Source: Octopus vulgaris (Eukaryota). From it: a DNA stretch of 64,000 nt. The DNA lies in assembly GCA_951406725.2 (NCBI GenBank), contig OX597824.1, positions 72,726,001 through 72,790,000 on the forward strand, written 5' to 3'. Below are positions 1 to 12,991 of the stretch, in pieces. Under the pieces are notes generated by a model. It saw nothing but the letters and a program-made list of their open reading frames with translations, was not told the origin of the DNA and did no database searches. The first letter of the stretch is position 1; the number at the start of each line of letters is the position of its first letter. Position numbers and translations under genes: made by a program.

Positions 1-305
1 CACTTATCAAACTAGTTACAGTTTGAAGGTCTGCATTTTAGAAAGCTACAAATGCCAACACACAAAACTCTTGGACCTTGAGTCACTGTTACTCCTGCGA
101 AATAGATAAAAATATACCTATACTCATATTTTCAGTTCTATTTTCCTGTTTGCACCAACATATATATATGTATGTATGTGTGTGTGTCTGTATATTATAT
201 ACATACCTATAAAATGGTATTAAATTGGTAGTGACAATAGAGTAGTTATTCAGGGTCATCACACTAAGTTCAATACAGCCAAGGTCAATTTTGCATTTCA
301 TCCTC

Positions 306-640
306 CTGGAGCACCGCCTTTAGTCGAGCAAATCGACCCCATGGCTTATTCTTTGTAAGCCTAGTACTTATTCTATCATTCTCTTTGCCGAACCGCTAAG
401 TTACGGGTACGTAAACACGCCAGCATCGGTTGTCAAGCGTTGTTGCGGGGACAAACACAGACACACAAACATATATACGACGGGCTTCTTTCAGTTTCCA
501 TCTACCAAATCCACTCACAAGGCTTTGGTCAACCTGAGGTTATAGTAGAAGACACTTGCCTAAGGTGCCATGCAGTGGGACTGAACCCGGAACCATGTGG
601 TTGGTAAGCAAGCTACTTACTACACAGCCACTCCTGCGCC
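306..640 (-). mobile_element. tRNA-derived SINE, family A (CORE-like)
   Basis: The reverse strand begins GGCGCAGGAGTGGCTGTGTAGTAAG (A box), then GGTTCAGTCCC (B box), then a CORE-like CCTT(A/G)GGCAAGTG. More than 10 similar copies occur in the window. Confidence 0.9.
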
Positions 641-671
<31 letters not shown>

Positions 672-852
672 ATATCACCATTTTAATGTCTGGTTTTCCA
701 TTCCTGCATGGGTCAGATATAGTCCACTGAAGCCAATTTTCAACAGCTAGATGCCCTGTTTGTTGCTAACCTTCACCTGTTTCCAAGTAAGGTAATATTT
801 CCCCTTACCCAGATATGTTTTCACAAGAGATTATGGATATAGTAATTATTAA

Positions 853-1057
853 ATTTCTTTACTACCCACAAGGGGCTAAACAAGGACAGACAAACAGATT
901 AAGTCGATTACACCGACCCCAGTACTTAATTTATCGACCCCGAAAGGATGGAAGGCAAAGTCGACCTCGGCGGAATTTGAACCCAGAACGTAACGACAGA
1001 CGAAATACGGCTACGCATTTCGCCCGGCGTGCTAACGTTCCTGCCAGCTCACCGCCC
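853..1057 (-). mobile_element. tRNA-derived SINE, family B (Meta/MESC-domain-like)
   Basis: The reverse strand reads GGCGGTGAGCTGGCAGGAACGTTAG...GGTTCAAATTCC, then GAGGTCGACTTTGCCTTCCATCCTTTCGGGGTCGATAAATTAAGTAC, which resembles the Meta domain. Further copies lie at 15.6-16.0 kb and 25.4-26.4 kb. Confidence 0.8.
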
Positions 1058-1630
1058 TAATTATTATAGTAATTATTATTTAGTTAAACATTTAAAACTG
1101 ATTTTTTTCCACAACACCCAATCGGTCTTCATCCCACAAATTCCCATTATGTTGAATAGTAGAAATGACCAGCCCAACCAGCTTTACATATTTATTTATT
1201 TGATGAATAACTAAATAATAATGACTAAACTTTATTATCACGTACAAGCCATAATTTTGCTCTAAGTTCTCACAGCTGTTTGATGAAACTCTTAAGGCTT
1301 TCCACCTTCAATAAATATATACATATGTGTGTAATAAAATGTAAAAGGATACAAAAACATGTAGAAATAGTATAAATCACAATAAAATGAAGGGAAGAAA
1401 AAAATTTGCTTGGGAACAATATTAGATATTATGACCGGGTAATGAATTAGAATTGTAAGAATGTTTCAGATCAAATTTTCTTACATACTTTTACATTCTG
1501 GATTATGACTGTTTAGAGGAATTAATAATTTGAAGTTGAACACCAGAGATCATCATCATAAATTCTGGTCTAACTCTTACATTTGAAATCATTAGGTAGT
1601 GAAAAAGAAGAGAGGAACAGGAACTTCATG

Positions 1631-2040
1631 GGATCTTTTCGGTTTGAACGGCAGTTTTTAACATAATTTCTAGGTAGCTAAAAAATTTAAAACTTCGTAT
1701 ACTGGTAGAATGTGTTCATAAAACATCCTTTTTCTTGGCTTTATTGAGAAAATTCTATATTTTGTAAGATATTTGCTGGTTTTTTTCTTTAATTTCTGCA
1801 ATTTCAGATAATCACTGATGTCTATTGAGGTAAAACACATTCTGTGCCGTATGAATATGTCCCTCGTTTATGAAACAGATTGGGTTTATTTACATTTGTG
1901 AAGAAAAAAAGATACCCTTCGCCCCACCCCTAACCCTAAAACAGATTGAAATGCAATAGATCGCTACTAGGGTCATAATTATGGATGACAATTTCATATG
2001 ACACCGTTAGAAAAAACTGCCGTTCAAACTGAAAAGATCT
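1631..2040. mobile_element. MITE with ~29-bp TIRs and 8-bp TSD
   Basis: TIRs GATCTTTTCGGTTTGAACGGCAGTTTTT ... AAAAACTGCCGTTCAAACTGAAAAGATC. The direct repeat ACTTCATG flanks it at 1623-1630 and 2041-2048. A second copy lies at 30127-30529. Confidence 0.9.
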
Positions 2041-2472
2041 ACTTCATGTCTTTCACTGGCAAAGCAACCGCAAATTTACAATGCTTTCAGCAACAGTAAA
2101 AGTTTTAAACAGTTCAGACAAACTACATAAATGTATATAAAAGATTTTATGCTTTCTGAATGGTGTGTACTGTCATTTCTTTTGTGCTTTGATGTGTGAG
2201 AAATATTAAAGCTGTCTAATTGAACTGCAGTGGAGTGTGTCAATAATTCCCACAAGAAGTGTGACTCTCACTATAAGGTTTATTGCCTATATTATACATA
2301 TATCTATGTAAAGGTGGTACTCCTGCATGACCGCAGTCAAATGACTGAAAAGAATAAAAGTATATATAAATATAGAATAGTGGTACAACAATGCACCAAT
2401 ATTTACCGGAAATAGCAGTCAATATACAATGCTATAGTAAATATAATATATATATACACACACACACATATG

Positions 2473-3657
2473 CAGAGACATGACAGAAGTACATAGACAC
2501 CCCATAAAACACCATTTTATGTTTACTCTAACATCTCTAAAGGTTAATAATTTTTGTTAATTGATATTTTTATGTTTCAGGTTCTATGTGACTGTTTAAT
2601 CATGCCATGTACAAAAGAAGCTTTGGAACTGCCTGCATTTCAAAGAGGCTGTACTGTGGGTCATTCTGAAGGTTGACACTGTCAGCATAAAATCACAGAA
2701 AACCTTGGGATCCCGCTTTCTACAGTTAATAGAGTGATTGTGCAATTCACCAGACAAGGGAAGGAGTCCACATCACCTCACTCACCCAGATCAACCAGGG
2801 CCCTCTAACAGAACCCTTCTCTTTGCTAAGAGAAGTGTAAAGGATACTCCTCGATGCAAGGCCTGACTTAGCAAAATAGGTTGATGTCAGCCCCAGAACA
2901 GCTGTCAGATACCTCCACAAACTTGGTTACTATAGCAGAACAGAAAGAAGAAAGCCAAACATCAAGTGGAGAAAAGATTGGGTCAGTGAGATCGTGGAGA
3001 GACAACTAGCATATCCTCTGATGAGTCCAGATTTGCTGTATTTCCTGACAGTGGTTGAGTGTGGGTCTGGAGACTCTGTGATCAAGAATTTCATGTGAAA
3101 AGAATGCAGCCAACAATGAAACATGGCAGTTATTCTGTGATGGTCTGAGGAGAAATTTGGAGCATTGGTTGATCAGAGCTGGTGGAGTGTGAGTGAAACA
3201 AACTCAAATACGTGTCCATATTACAGAAAGGATTCCTTCTAATCCTTTCCAGAAGTGAAATGGTTAAAGACAACTATTTATTTATGGAAGACGGGACTCT
3301 TTGTTATATGGCTAATATGGCCCAAGATTTGTTGGATAAGAATGGCATCAAAAAGCTTCCATGGCCAAGCCAGCCACCAGATGTGAACCCTATTGAACAC
3401 TTCATAAAAAGAACAAGAAAGCATCTTCAAAGCCAGATCTTTTGAAATTACTGAAAGAAACTTGGCAAGAAATTCTGCAAGGGGAATATTCATCTGATGA
3501 ATAACATCCCTAATGGGGTCCTTGCATTGAAAAATGCAAAGGGTATGTCTACTAAATATTCACATTATAACAATAAATAATTTGAATGTATCATTTCAGA
3601 TTTAAAGAAATTTTCATGATAACAAGGGTGTGTCTATATATACTTGTCATGTCTCTG
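2473..3657 (+). mobile_element. Tc1-family DNA transposon, full length, with degenerate transposase (~2602-3562)
   Basis: TIRs CAGAGACATGACA...ATAGACAC / GTGTCTAT...TGTCATGTCTCTG followed by TA. Motifs seen: [12 protein letters not shown] (HTH), SDESRF, FMEDG and WPSQPPDVNPIEH. Multiple stops and frameshifts. Confidence 0.92.
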
Positions 3658-3677
3658 TATAAACATACATACATATA

Positions 3678-4180
3678 TCATCGTCATCAGCGTTTAACGT
3701 CCGCTTTTCATGCTAGCATGGGTTGGATGATTTGACTGAGTTCTGGCAAACCAGATGACTGCACCAGACTCTAATCTGATCTGGAAGTGTTTCTACAGCT
3801 GGATAGCCTTCCTAACACCAACCACACCAAGAGTGTAGTGGGTGCTTTTACGTGCCACAAGCACGAGGGCCAGTTAGGTGGTACTGGCAATGGCCACGCT
3901 CAAATGGTGCTTTTTATGTGCCACCTGCACAGAAGCCAGTCCAGCGGCACTGGCAACAACCTTGCTCGAATGCTTTTTTTCACATGCCACCAGCACAAAT
4001 GCTAGTAAGGTGACGCAGGTAATGTTCACACTCAAATGGTGTTTTTAACGTGCCATCGGCACAGAGGCCAGCCTGCAGCTCTGGCAACGATCTCACTCGT
4101 ATGGTACTCTTAGTGCTCCACTAGCACGGATGCCAGTCGTCGAGTTTGATTCCGATTTCACTTACCTCAACAGGTCTTCA
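3678..4180 (-). mobile_element. RTE-related non-autonomous retroelement/SINE, family D
   Basis: The reverse strand ends CCAACCCATGCTAGCATGAAAAGCGGACGTTAAAC followed by a GAT-rich tail. It has internal ~60-bp subrepeats (GGTGCTTTT..GTGCCAC). At least 8 copies occur in the window. Confidence 0.75.
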
Positions 4181-5852
4181 ATATTGAAAATATTGAGGTG
4201 CTGAAATATATCAGCCAAATACACGAATCTGCTAATCCAAAATTTACATCAAAGAAGCTCACAAAAGTGGTTTTGTTCCTATTCTTCAAAAGACTTCAGT
4301 AACTCTTGTCATAGCCCATATACACGATTAAGTATTTACCCCTTTGAAAGCCACCTCACCTCTGTGTGCAAAAGCAGGCGTCTGTTTTGCGAATCTATAC
4401 TGCTTGAATAAACGTGACTTTACTGGTCTGGTTTTTATATACTTTATAAGTTCAACAGCTTGATACAAAACTTCTCTTAATTTGTCTCTTAATGTTTTTG
4501 CCATCAATGCTTCTCTATGAAGAAAGCAGTGAGTTATGACATTTTCATTTTGCTTTTTTACAAAGAATGTAAGGCTCTTAACGCAACCTGCCATTGATGG
4601 AGCTCTATCTGTACAAATGCCGACACATGACTTCAATGATATTTGCCATTTGCACAGGTAATTATTCAAAATGTTGAAAACATCTTCGCCCTTTGTAGTC
4701 ACACTTAATTCTTTGCAAAAAAAGAAATTGATTAATAATTTGATCCTCATCAATAAAACGAATATATGCTAAGAGCTGTGCTTTATTGTCATTGTCTGTT
4801 GACTCATCAATTTGCAATGCAAAATCTGAATATTGAAGTTTATTACAACAAACATTTTTCTCAATATTAGATGACATTTCTAGAATATGTCTGTGGACAG
4901 TATCATTGGACAGAGGCATCTTATTTATTTCCTTTGCTGCTTCATTTCCTAACATTATCTTCACAGTCTTCTTACATGCAGGCAGAATGAGTGACTCACC
5001 TAAAGTATGAGCTTTCATATTTTGTGTTATCAATTCTAAAACCTCATTAGAAGCAATTTGAGCTTTTTCAGAAATCGTCATTATACTTTCAAAAGTTTCC
5101 TGCTATTGTCTGCTGTTCTATCAGTTTTTTGAAATAACTCATTTACCTTGTAAATGTGAGTGCTTGGTTTTAAAATGCTTGCTCAGTTTACTAGGAACCA
5201 ATGATTCATTTGACATTTTACATCCACATATTAAACATAGCAGCAAATGATCATCAATGTTTCCAGTCCAATGAAAACCAAATCCTAAATAACTTTTGTC
5301 GTATTTGCGAGTAGACTGCGCTTTGGCTCTTTTACTGGAATTGCTTCTGCTGTGTTCTTTTCCGGAATCCCATTCATGTTTCTGTTTTAGAAATCTATCC
5401 GTTTGTATGGATGTATTATTGTATATTTATCTGAAACTTTTACGTCATTTCTAACAAATGTAACACTATAATAGGCTAAAATTCCATAAAGTATTAAAGT
5501 TTTAGAAGGGTAGACAGACATATCAGTGATAGGAATATGTGTCACGAAAAAACGTTGCACTATTCACCACAACACTTCCACGGCAGAACCTATCACTGCT
5601 ACACTACCTTGAGCAGCCGTGCTTGCTCATCAATACAGAACTTGTTTGAATGAGTTTACAATGTGTATAAAACCTTCTTCTGGGCAACCAGCTGGATATC
5701 TTTCCACTCTTAACATAACAATAATGATCTGCTGTAAAGACCAATTCAATGCTGAAGTGAGGATATAATGCGCTATAAATTCATTTTTTATCATCACAAA
5801 CATCTACCTAGATCCTAGAATTTCGTGGGGCACACCCTTAGAAGAACCATTG
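4181..5852 (-). mobile_element. hAT (Buster/Charlie, ZBED5/SCAND3-like) transposon remnant; transposase pseudogene ~4181-5402
   Basis: ORFs 4662-5081 and 4328-4753 contain PLSNDTVHRHI, FALQIDESTD, CVGICTD, THCFLHREAL and IKTRPVKSRLF. Upstream is the BED-like RKYDKSYLGFGF...CLICG...SKLSKHFKTKH. A possible terminus CAATGGTTCTTC lies at ~5852. The 3' part is cut off at a family D insertion. Confidence 0.88.
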
Positions 5853-6321
5853 GACTAAACAGTTGTAAGGATGACCCTGATGTCGAGCAGACCAATATCT
5901 AGTGAAATAAAACCATGACTACGTGACATCAGCTCACCATGTTATACAAAAACCGTGCTTCAACTATCTGAACAATTGTTTCACACCTAATTGAATGAAA
6001 TAAAGAGCGTACAAAGGAAGTAGTTCAAAGATCTACTGAAATAGTAAGGCATTAATATTTATGTGTACAAGTTGTCAGCAAGTGGAAACAGGTCATCAAT
6101 GATGGAGCCAAAAATGACAGCACAATCAAAACACCTCAACAATACACATAAGCATAAAAACAACTTAAAGTAACTAACGTTGAATTTCTTTTCCTGTGTG
6201 ATAAATGCTCTGATTTGTAACTGGACTACATAATTACAAGTGGATTAACAGAAGCTAAATCCGGTGGACAATCATCGTCAACTCCAAAGGACTGCTAATC
6301 ATAATACAAATGAAATATATA

Positions 6322-6682
6322 TTACTTTTACTTATTTTACTTGTTTCAGTCATTTGATTGCGGCTATGCTGGATCACCGCCTTTAGTCAAGCAAATCAAT
6401 CCCAGGACTTATTCTTTGGATGCCTTGTACTTATTCTATCGGTCTCTTTTGCCAAAGTTACGGAGACGTAAACACACCAGCAGGGGGGCAAACACAGACA
6501 CACACACACACACATATATATACGATGGGCTTCTTTCAGTTTCCATCTACCAAATCCACTCGCAAGACTTTGGTCAGCCTGAGGCTATAGAAGACACTTG
6601 CCCAAGGTGCCACGCAGTGGGAATGAACCCGGAACCATGTGGTTGGTAAGCAAGTTACTTACCACACAGCCACTCCTGCACC
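6322..6682 (-). mobile_element. SINE family A
   Basis: Same head, CORE-like segment and tail as 306-640. Confidence 0.88.
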
Positions 6683-6703
6683 TACTATATATATATATAT
6701 ATA

Positions 6704-7059
6704 TTACTTGATTCAGTCATTAGATTGTAGTGATGCTTGGGTACTGATTTGAAATATTTAGTCAAACAAATTGACTCCAGTATTCATTTTTTTAGTCTGG
6801 TACTTAATCTATCAGTTTCTTTTGCCAAATTGCTAAGTTATGGAGGCATGAACAAATCAACATTTGTTGCCAAGCAGTGGTGGGGGAGAAAGACAAACAC
6901 ATATATGATGGGCTTCTTTCAGTTTCCATCTATCAAATCTATTCACAATGCTTTGGCAAGCCCGAGGCTATAGTAGAAGACACTTGCCCAATGTGCCACG
7001 CAATGGGACTGAACCCAGAACCATGTGATTGGGAAACAAACTTCAACACAACCTGCACC
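6704..7059 (-). mobile_element. SINE family A (older, diverged copy)
   Basis: Colinear with 6322-6682 but with more substitutions. Confidence 0.8.
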
Positions 7060-7902
7060 TATATATTCATTACAAAGAGAGGGACAGACAGAATCTTAGT
7101 TATGATAGGTTTATAGGGTTTACCTGTCCATAAAGCTCTTAGCTTTATGCCTGTCTCATCAGACCTTAATGGCTGGTGGCCTATAACCTGTATATACATA
7201 CATATATGTATGTATACATATTATATACACTTGCAGTGTCCAAAACAGCTCTTCTTGTGTTGGTGCCACAAGGTCATCCAGTTGTAGAGACAGATCAAGC
7301 CAAAATGACATGTATGTGCACCAGTCTATGAGAACAGTGGGTCTCAATAGGAACTAGCTTGAATCACTGTGATATCCAGTCCAATCCTGGCAAGCTTAGA
7401 AAGCTGGCGCAAAATGATATTCCTACATATACAGAACTACAAAGAACAAAGAAGAAGAAAAAATAAGGCAATGGTTGCAGTTTGGAAAACAGATTGAAAA
7501 TAGAGTAAAATTTATTTTAATTCCAGACGGGCAGAGGAGAGAGAGAGACTTCTGAAACTTCTCTTATGATAATTGCTACTGTAATAAAACCTGTTGGTTT
7601 TATACATGGGGCTCTCAATCCAAAGAGATTTACACATGGAACTGGCTCCATTAACTATGTCTTAAGGATATGTACTGAGAGACATACTAACAGCATCATT
7701 CTCCTTTACGCACATACATCCGAACACACACACACACATTAAATCCTTTTCTACATCATGGTGTATCATTTACACATCGTGTGCGCGAAATGTGTTCTCT
7801 ATACAACAATGGTGGAACTTTTACTCTTTCATATATATGTGTGTGTGTGTGTGTGAGTGTTCAAACATTCACACATCAATTACATACACGCATTCACGCT
7901 CA

Positions 7903-7934
<32 letters not shown>

Positions 7935-8109
7935 TATATATATATGAAAAAGAAAACATCTTCAGACAAAGACAAGCACACACATAACATATATACACGT
8001 GTTCGTAGCTCATTAAAGCTAATTATCTTGCTCTAATTTCATACAACAGATTTAGTCATCCAACTCGAGTTGATGAAAGTGTAGTCACACACAAATGCAA
8101 ATGTGTGTG

Positions 8110-8158
<49 letters not shown>

Positions 8159-8601
8159 CACGAAATGAGTTTTAATGATGGTGTAAAATGAGTAATCAAG
8201 TAAAAGAATTTTAATTCTCCATAAATATACGAGAAACTCCAAAAAAAACACACGCAACTACATATATGCATGTGTGTATGTGTATAAGCACCACACACAC
8301 ACGTTAAACTAAGCTAAAGATTTACAGAAGTGTATATGGGAGACAAAGGACCAGTAAATAATACTTAGCGAGAGTTCATAAGATGAGGGAAATAAATACA
8401 CAAATCCATTCTTAACTATTTGTCACAAGGACAGCCAAGGAATAACATTAACAGTGGCAAGGATGCAGGATTATTGGGGGAGCAAGTGTGAAAAAGAACG
8501 TAACCCTACACCAGAGAGACATTTCACTATTTAGTCATTGCGTAGCTTAGTAACTAACATTGTAAACTGTTTACGGATGTTTGCCTGTGTATCTATGTAT
8601 T

Positions 8602-8671
<70 letters not shown>

Positions 8672-8868
8672 CATACACACACAAACACGCGAAGTGACTT
8701 ATTTTTCAATAAAAATTGTCCATGGTGAAATATCTACACGTCTATATTTTTATATATTGGATATATATATATATATATATATATACTTAAACATAGTACA
8801 TATGTAATATATACAAACGTACATATATATATATATATATGTTTACTGTTTATACCTCGCCCAGAGAC

Positions 8869-8925
<57 letters not shown>

Positions 8926-9305
8926 CACTTTATGTGTGTGTGTTATATACTGTGTGTGAGTATATGTAAGCTAGTCCACAACTTATCAAAAGACGTGCAT
9001 AACACACACACACACAGTGAACCCAGACTATGTTATTCAAACCTTGAACTACAAGTTACTTGGTATTTCCTTAATTATTATGGCCATACCACGATTATTT
9101 CTTCCGTCGACTTATGGACTTGAAAATACATAAGGTCATTGTAAAGAAGAAAATAACATTTCTTAATTATAGTAATGTGTTCAAGCTTATCAAGTCAGTT
9201 TAGTTTTTGCTGACAAAAACTAAAGGACTACTAAGAACACACGTACCATATATGTGTGTACATGCATATATAATAATGTGTATGCATGCATAGACACCTA
9301 TATAT

Positions 9306-9340
<35 letters not shown>

Positions 9341-10139
9341 GATACACACGCACAATGTAAATTCAATAAATAAGACAATTTTTGTATAAAGACGGATGCA
9401 TTTATGTGTGTACACACACTTTGTTTGTCTATATATATACATGTATAACTACACCAGCTGAAAATGTAGACTGCGTATACACACACGCACAACTTTGAAA
9501 TGTATAACATTTAAGTGTCTGACATTGTATGTATGTGTGTATGTGTATAGGGCGCGCGCAATATCAATATAGCCGTTCTTTCTATATAGTTAACACTTTC
9601 ACTACTGTGTATAGTCATACATAAACATGCGATGAAACAAAATGCACAGAGACTTATAAATAAATCATTATATAGTTAGTGATGTGTGACTACACTCATT
9701 CACAACTAAATATAAATACACACACACACACACACACATACATACACATATGTGTATATAACACGAAATATGCAGATATGTTACCATTTCCCTCCACACA
9801 TTTACAAATGCACATAGCTATATAATTCATACAAAATAAGCACACAACGACTACCACATTCAGATGTATATGTGTGCATACACATATGCATGTCTGCACA
9901 TACACACACACACATACTGTGTATGATGTATGTCAATGCATGGACCGATGTGACTGTTTACATGCATATACACACACACACACACACACACAGACCATGT
10001 GATTCGAGGTGGAATAGGAAATCCTCACAAAACTTGACATAATCAATGCAAAGTGCTCGGTGCATTCGCACTCAGCAGCCTCCACCGACTCTATATATAT
10101 CTGGTGATGTGCATGCTATGTTTATGTTGCAAGGTAAAC

Positions 10140-10213
10140 GGTGACAGTGACATCGAAGTTTCGACTTTGTGGTGAAGGCAACTAAGTCCAAAACTTCGAA
10201 GTCACTATCAACC
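10140..10213 (-). ncRNA. pre-miRNA-like hairpin (candidate)
   Basis: Arms GTGACAGTGACATCGAAGTTTCGACTTTGT and ACTAAGTCCAAAACTTCGAAGTCACTATCAAC flank a 10-nt loop, giving a ~30-bp imperfect stem. Strand is tentative: the C.A mismatch becomes a G-U pair on the minus strand. Confidence 0.4.
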
Positions 10214-10394
10214 TTTGCTGTGAAAAAAAAAATGTGCAATTAAGCAATCCTTCAATGTTTGACTTTTAAGTAATAACTTATACATAAAAAACAAACACAC
10301 GCACTTACACATACATTGAGCGTGTGCGTGTATATACATACATATAGTAGACATACATATGTGTATGGCTATATATTTGTATGTGCAGACATTG

Positions 10395-10494
10395 CACATA
10401 TATATATATATATATACATGCACACAAACATATACAAACGCATTACCATATATATATATATACATGCACACAAACATACAAATGCAATATCATA

Positions 10495-10536
<42 letters not shown>

Positions 10537-10654
10537 GCACACAAACATACAAATGCATTACTATATATATATATATATATATATATACATGCACACAAAC
10601 ATACAAATGCAATATCATATATATATATACATGCACACAAACATACAAATGCAT

Positions 10655-10693
<39 letters not shown>

Positions 10694-10770
10694 AATACAA
10701 ACGTATTACCATATATATATATATATACACACACAAACAAATACAATCGCATTACCATATTACATATATA
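10395..10770. repeat. Compound minisatellite of (TA)n-CATGCACACAAACATACAAATGCA units
   Basis: About 6-7 units with a variable TA tract, alternating TTAC and ATATC endings. Confidence 0.85.
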
Positions 10771-11594
10771 CACACACAGAAGTGTGTGGCGATATGCGCG
10801 TAAGGCTATTATACTGACTTCTAAAAATAGGTTTGATGATAAACACGGAGAGAGAGAGAGAGTTTGCACATTCGCCTTTCAACAAGTGCATTCGCAGAGA
10901 AAATGAAGTGGTTACAAGCAGGATTCGAAACAGGATAGACGGACGATACGGCTTGATGACGCGCTTTTCTCGATGCTCTGCACCGCTCATCTTCAACAAG
11001 TTAAATAAAGTAGAACAGAAATAGAGGAACGAGCGAGAGAAAGAAGATATTTAACAACACTGTTGATTCCAGTATTTAAATGCCTGTGTGAATTTTATAA
11101 ATACATAGATATATATGTCTATTTAAAATGAGGGTGAAAAATTGAATAGTTTTCTTAGTGGTAAAACCATAGCGGATCTACTTCTAGCATAAGGGTTGTC
11201 CACGTTGTGGTCATCCCTCATATATAGATATATGTCTGTACGTATATACGGGTGCGTTCGGATAAAAAGCCTTTGTTTATTCTTCATCACTAGGTATATG
11301 TAAACACACACATACATGCACATATAAAAGCGCATACTCAAACACATTTTACGAACACTCATCTAGTCAATGAATACATGTATGTACATAGACGTGTTTT
11401 ATCACTGTACACACGCTATATATATATATATATATATATATATTCACACACACACACACAGAGCATTAATGCATGTGTGACCTCATACCTCGTCCATCTA
11501 TTTATATGCTCATTCATCTATTCCTCATCTGCCACACTGTCAACCAAGGGGTCAATGTATTTAAACACTTAGTCAGTGCAACAGTATATTGTGC

Positions 11595-11656
<62 letters not shown>

Positions 11657-11803
11657 ATGTTTGTGTGTGCTTCTCCGTATATATATGTCAGTCAACATCC
11701 ACACTTCTGTGTATTATACATGAGTGTTTTCATGAGTCTATCTCTCTCTGCCCCTTTTCACCAGCATATGACTCAATCTGCACATAGACGTGATTCAGTG
11801 CAT

Positions 11804-11840
<37 letters not shown>

Positions 11841-12273
11841 GCACACACATATATATATATATAGGCGCTTTACCTACCAATGTATGAATGTAACTCATTG
11901 TCTAAAGCATTTTTTTTATTCTTCTAATGTTTAGAACAGTTTATATTGAAATATAAACATCCAACTTAAACTATGTAAAAAAAAATGTGGATAAAGTCTC
12001 TGAATCAAAATCCAACAAAAAAATACGTGTGTGTATGTGCGTTTATATATATATATTGATTGATTGATATGATCGAAGTATTGAGAAATAATGATTTTTT
12101 TTTTTTTTTGTAATGAACAACAGGCGATAAAGAGGAGGAATAAAGAAAGGAACAGCTTGGAAAACTAATGACAAAAAACTGGTTTTTCCATGGGGGTTAG
12201 AGAAAATTATCGACACCCACACCATCTCTTAAAATCTACAGTAGTTTTGTCAGATACACACACACACATACAT

Positions 12274-12315
<42 letters not shown>

Positions 12316-12927
12316 TCGTTTAAAGCTAAACTATTTTATTGCAACAGTAGCCCTTTTTATTTCTTTCTTAGATTTTCTTTCATTGTATCTATATCTATCT
12401 ATATACACACACTGAGGGCAGGGAGACAAAGGGAAGAAAAAGTTGATAGGCGTTATTTTTCTGACATAGTAGTAGTTTTTTTTTACCTTATAAACACTTT
12501 AAACAATGTTTACACACACACATACATATTAATTTCAACACACAACACTGAAATCACCATCAATGTGCGTGCGTGAGTGTGCAACATATGACTGTAACTG
12601 ATAGATGTGTGTGTGTGCGTAAATAGCCCTTAAGAGTTTTTAGTTCACGTGTAGCCCTAAACACAAACCACGGAGTTATACACACAAAGAAATAGATTTC
12701 TATGACGTACATACAGGACAAGTAAATACAAATAGACACACACACATACAGACGGATATACACTTACTGAAATGTTTACTAAGATTCATGCGCTCATATT
12801 ACTCACACGTGCGTGTGTGTGACCCTGTTGCAGGCATATCTTACATGTGATATAGACATGCCTTATTATCCTACGCTATGTACAACTACAGAAACCTTTT
12901 GTCTTTAACAAACTAAACACAAACCAA

Positions 12928-12991
<64 letters not shown>

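Noticed and set aside
10395-10770. Repeat-spacer-like array resembling CRISPR
   Set aside because: The spacers are only variable (TA)n tracts, the context is eukaryotic, and there are no cas genes. It is a minisatellite.
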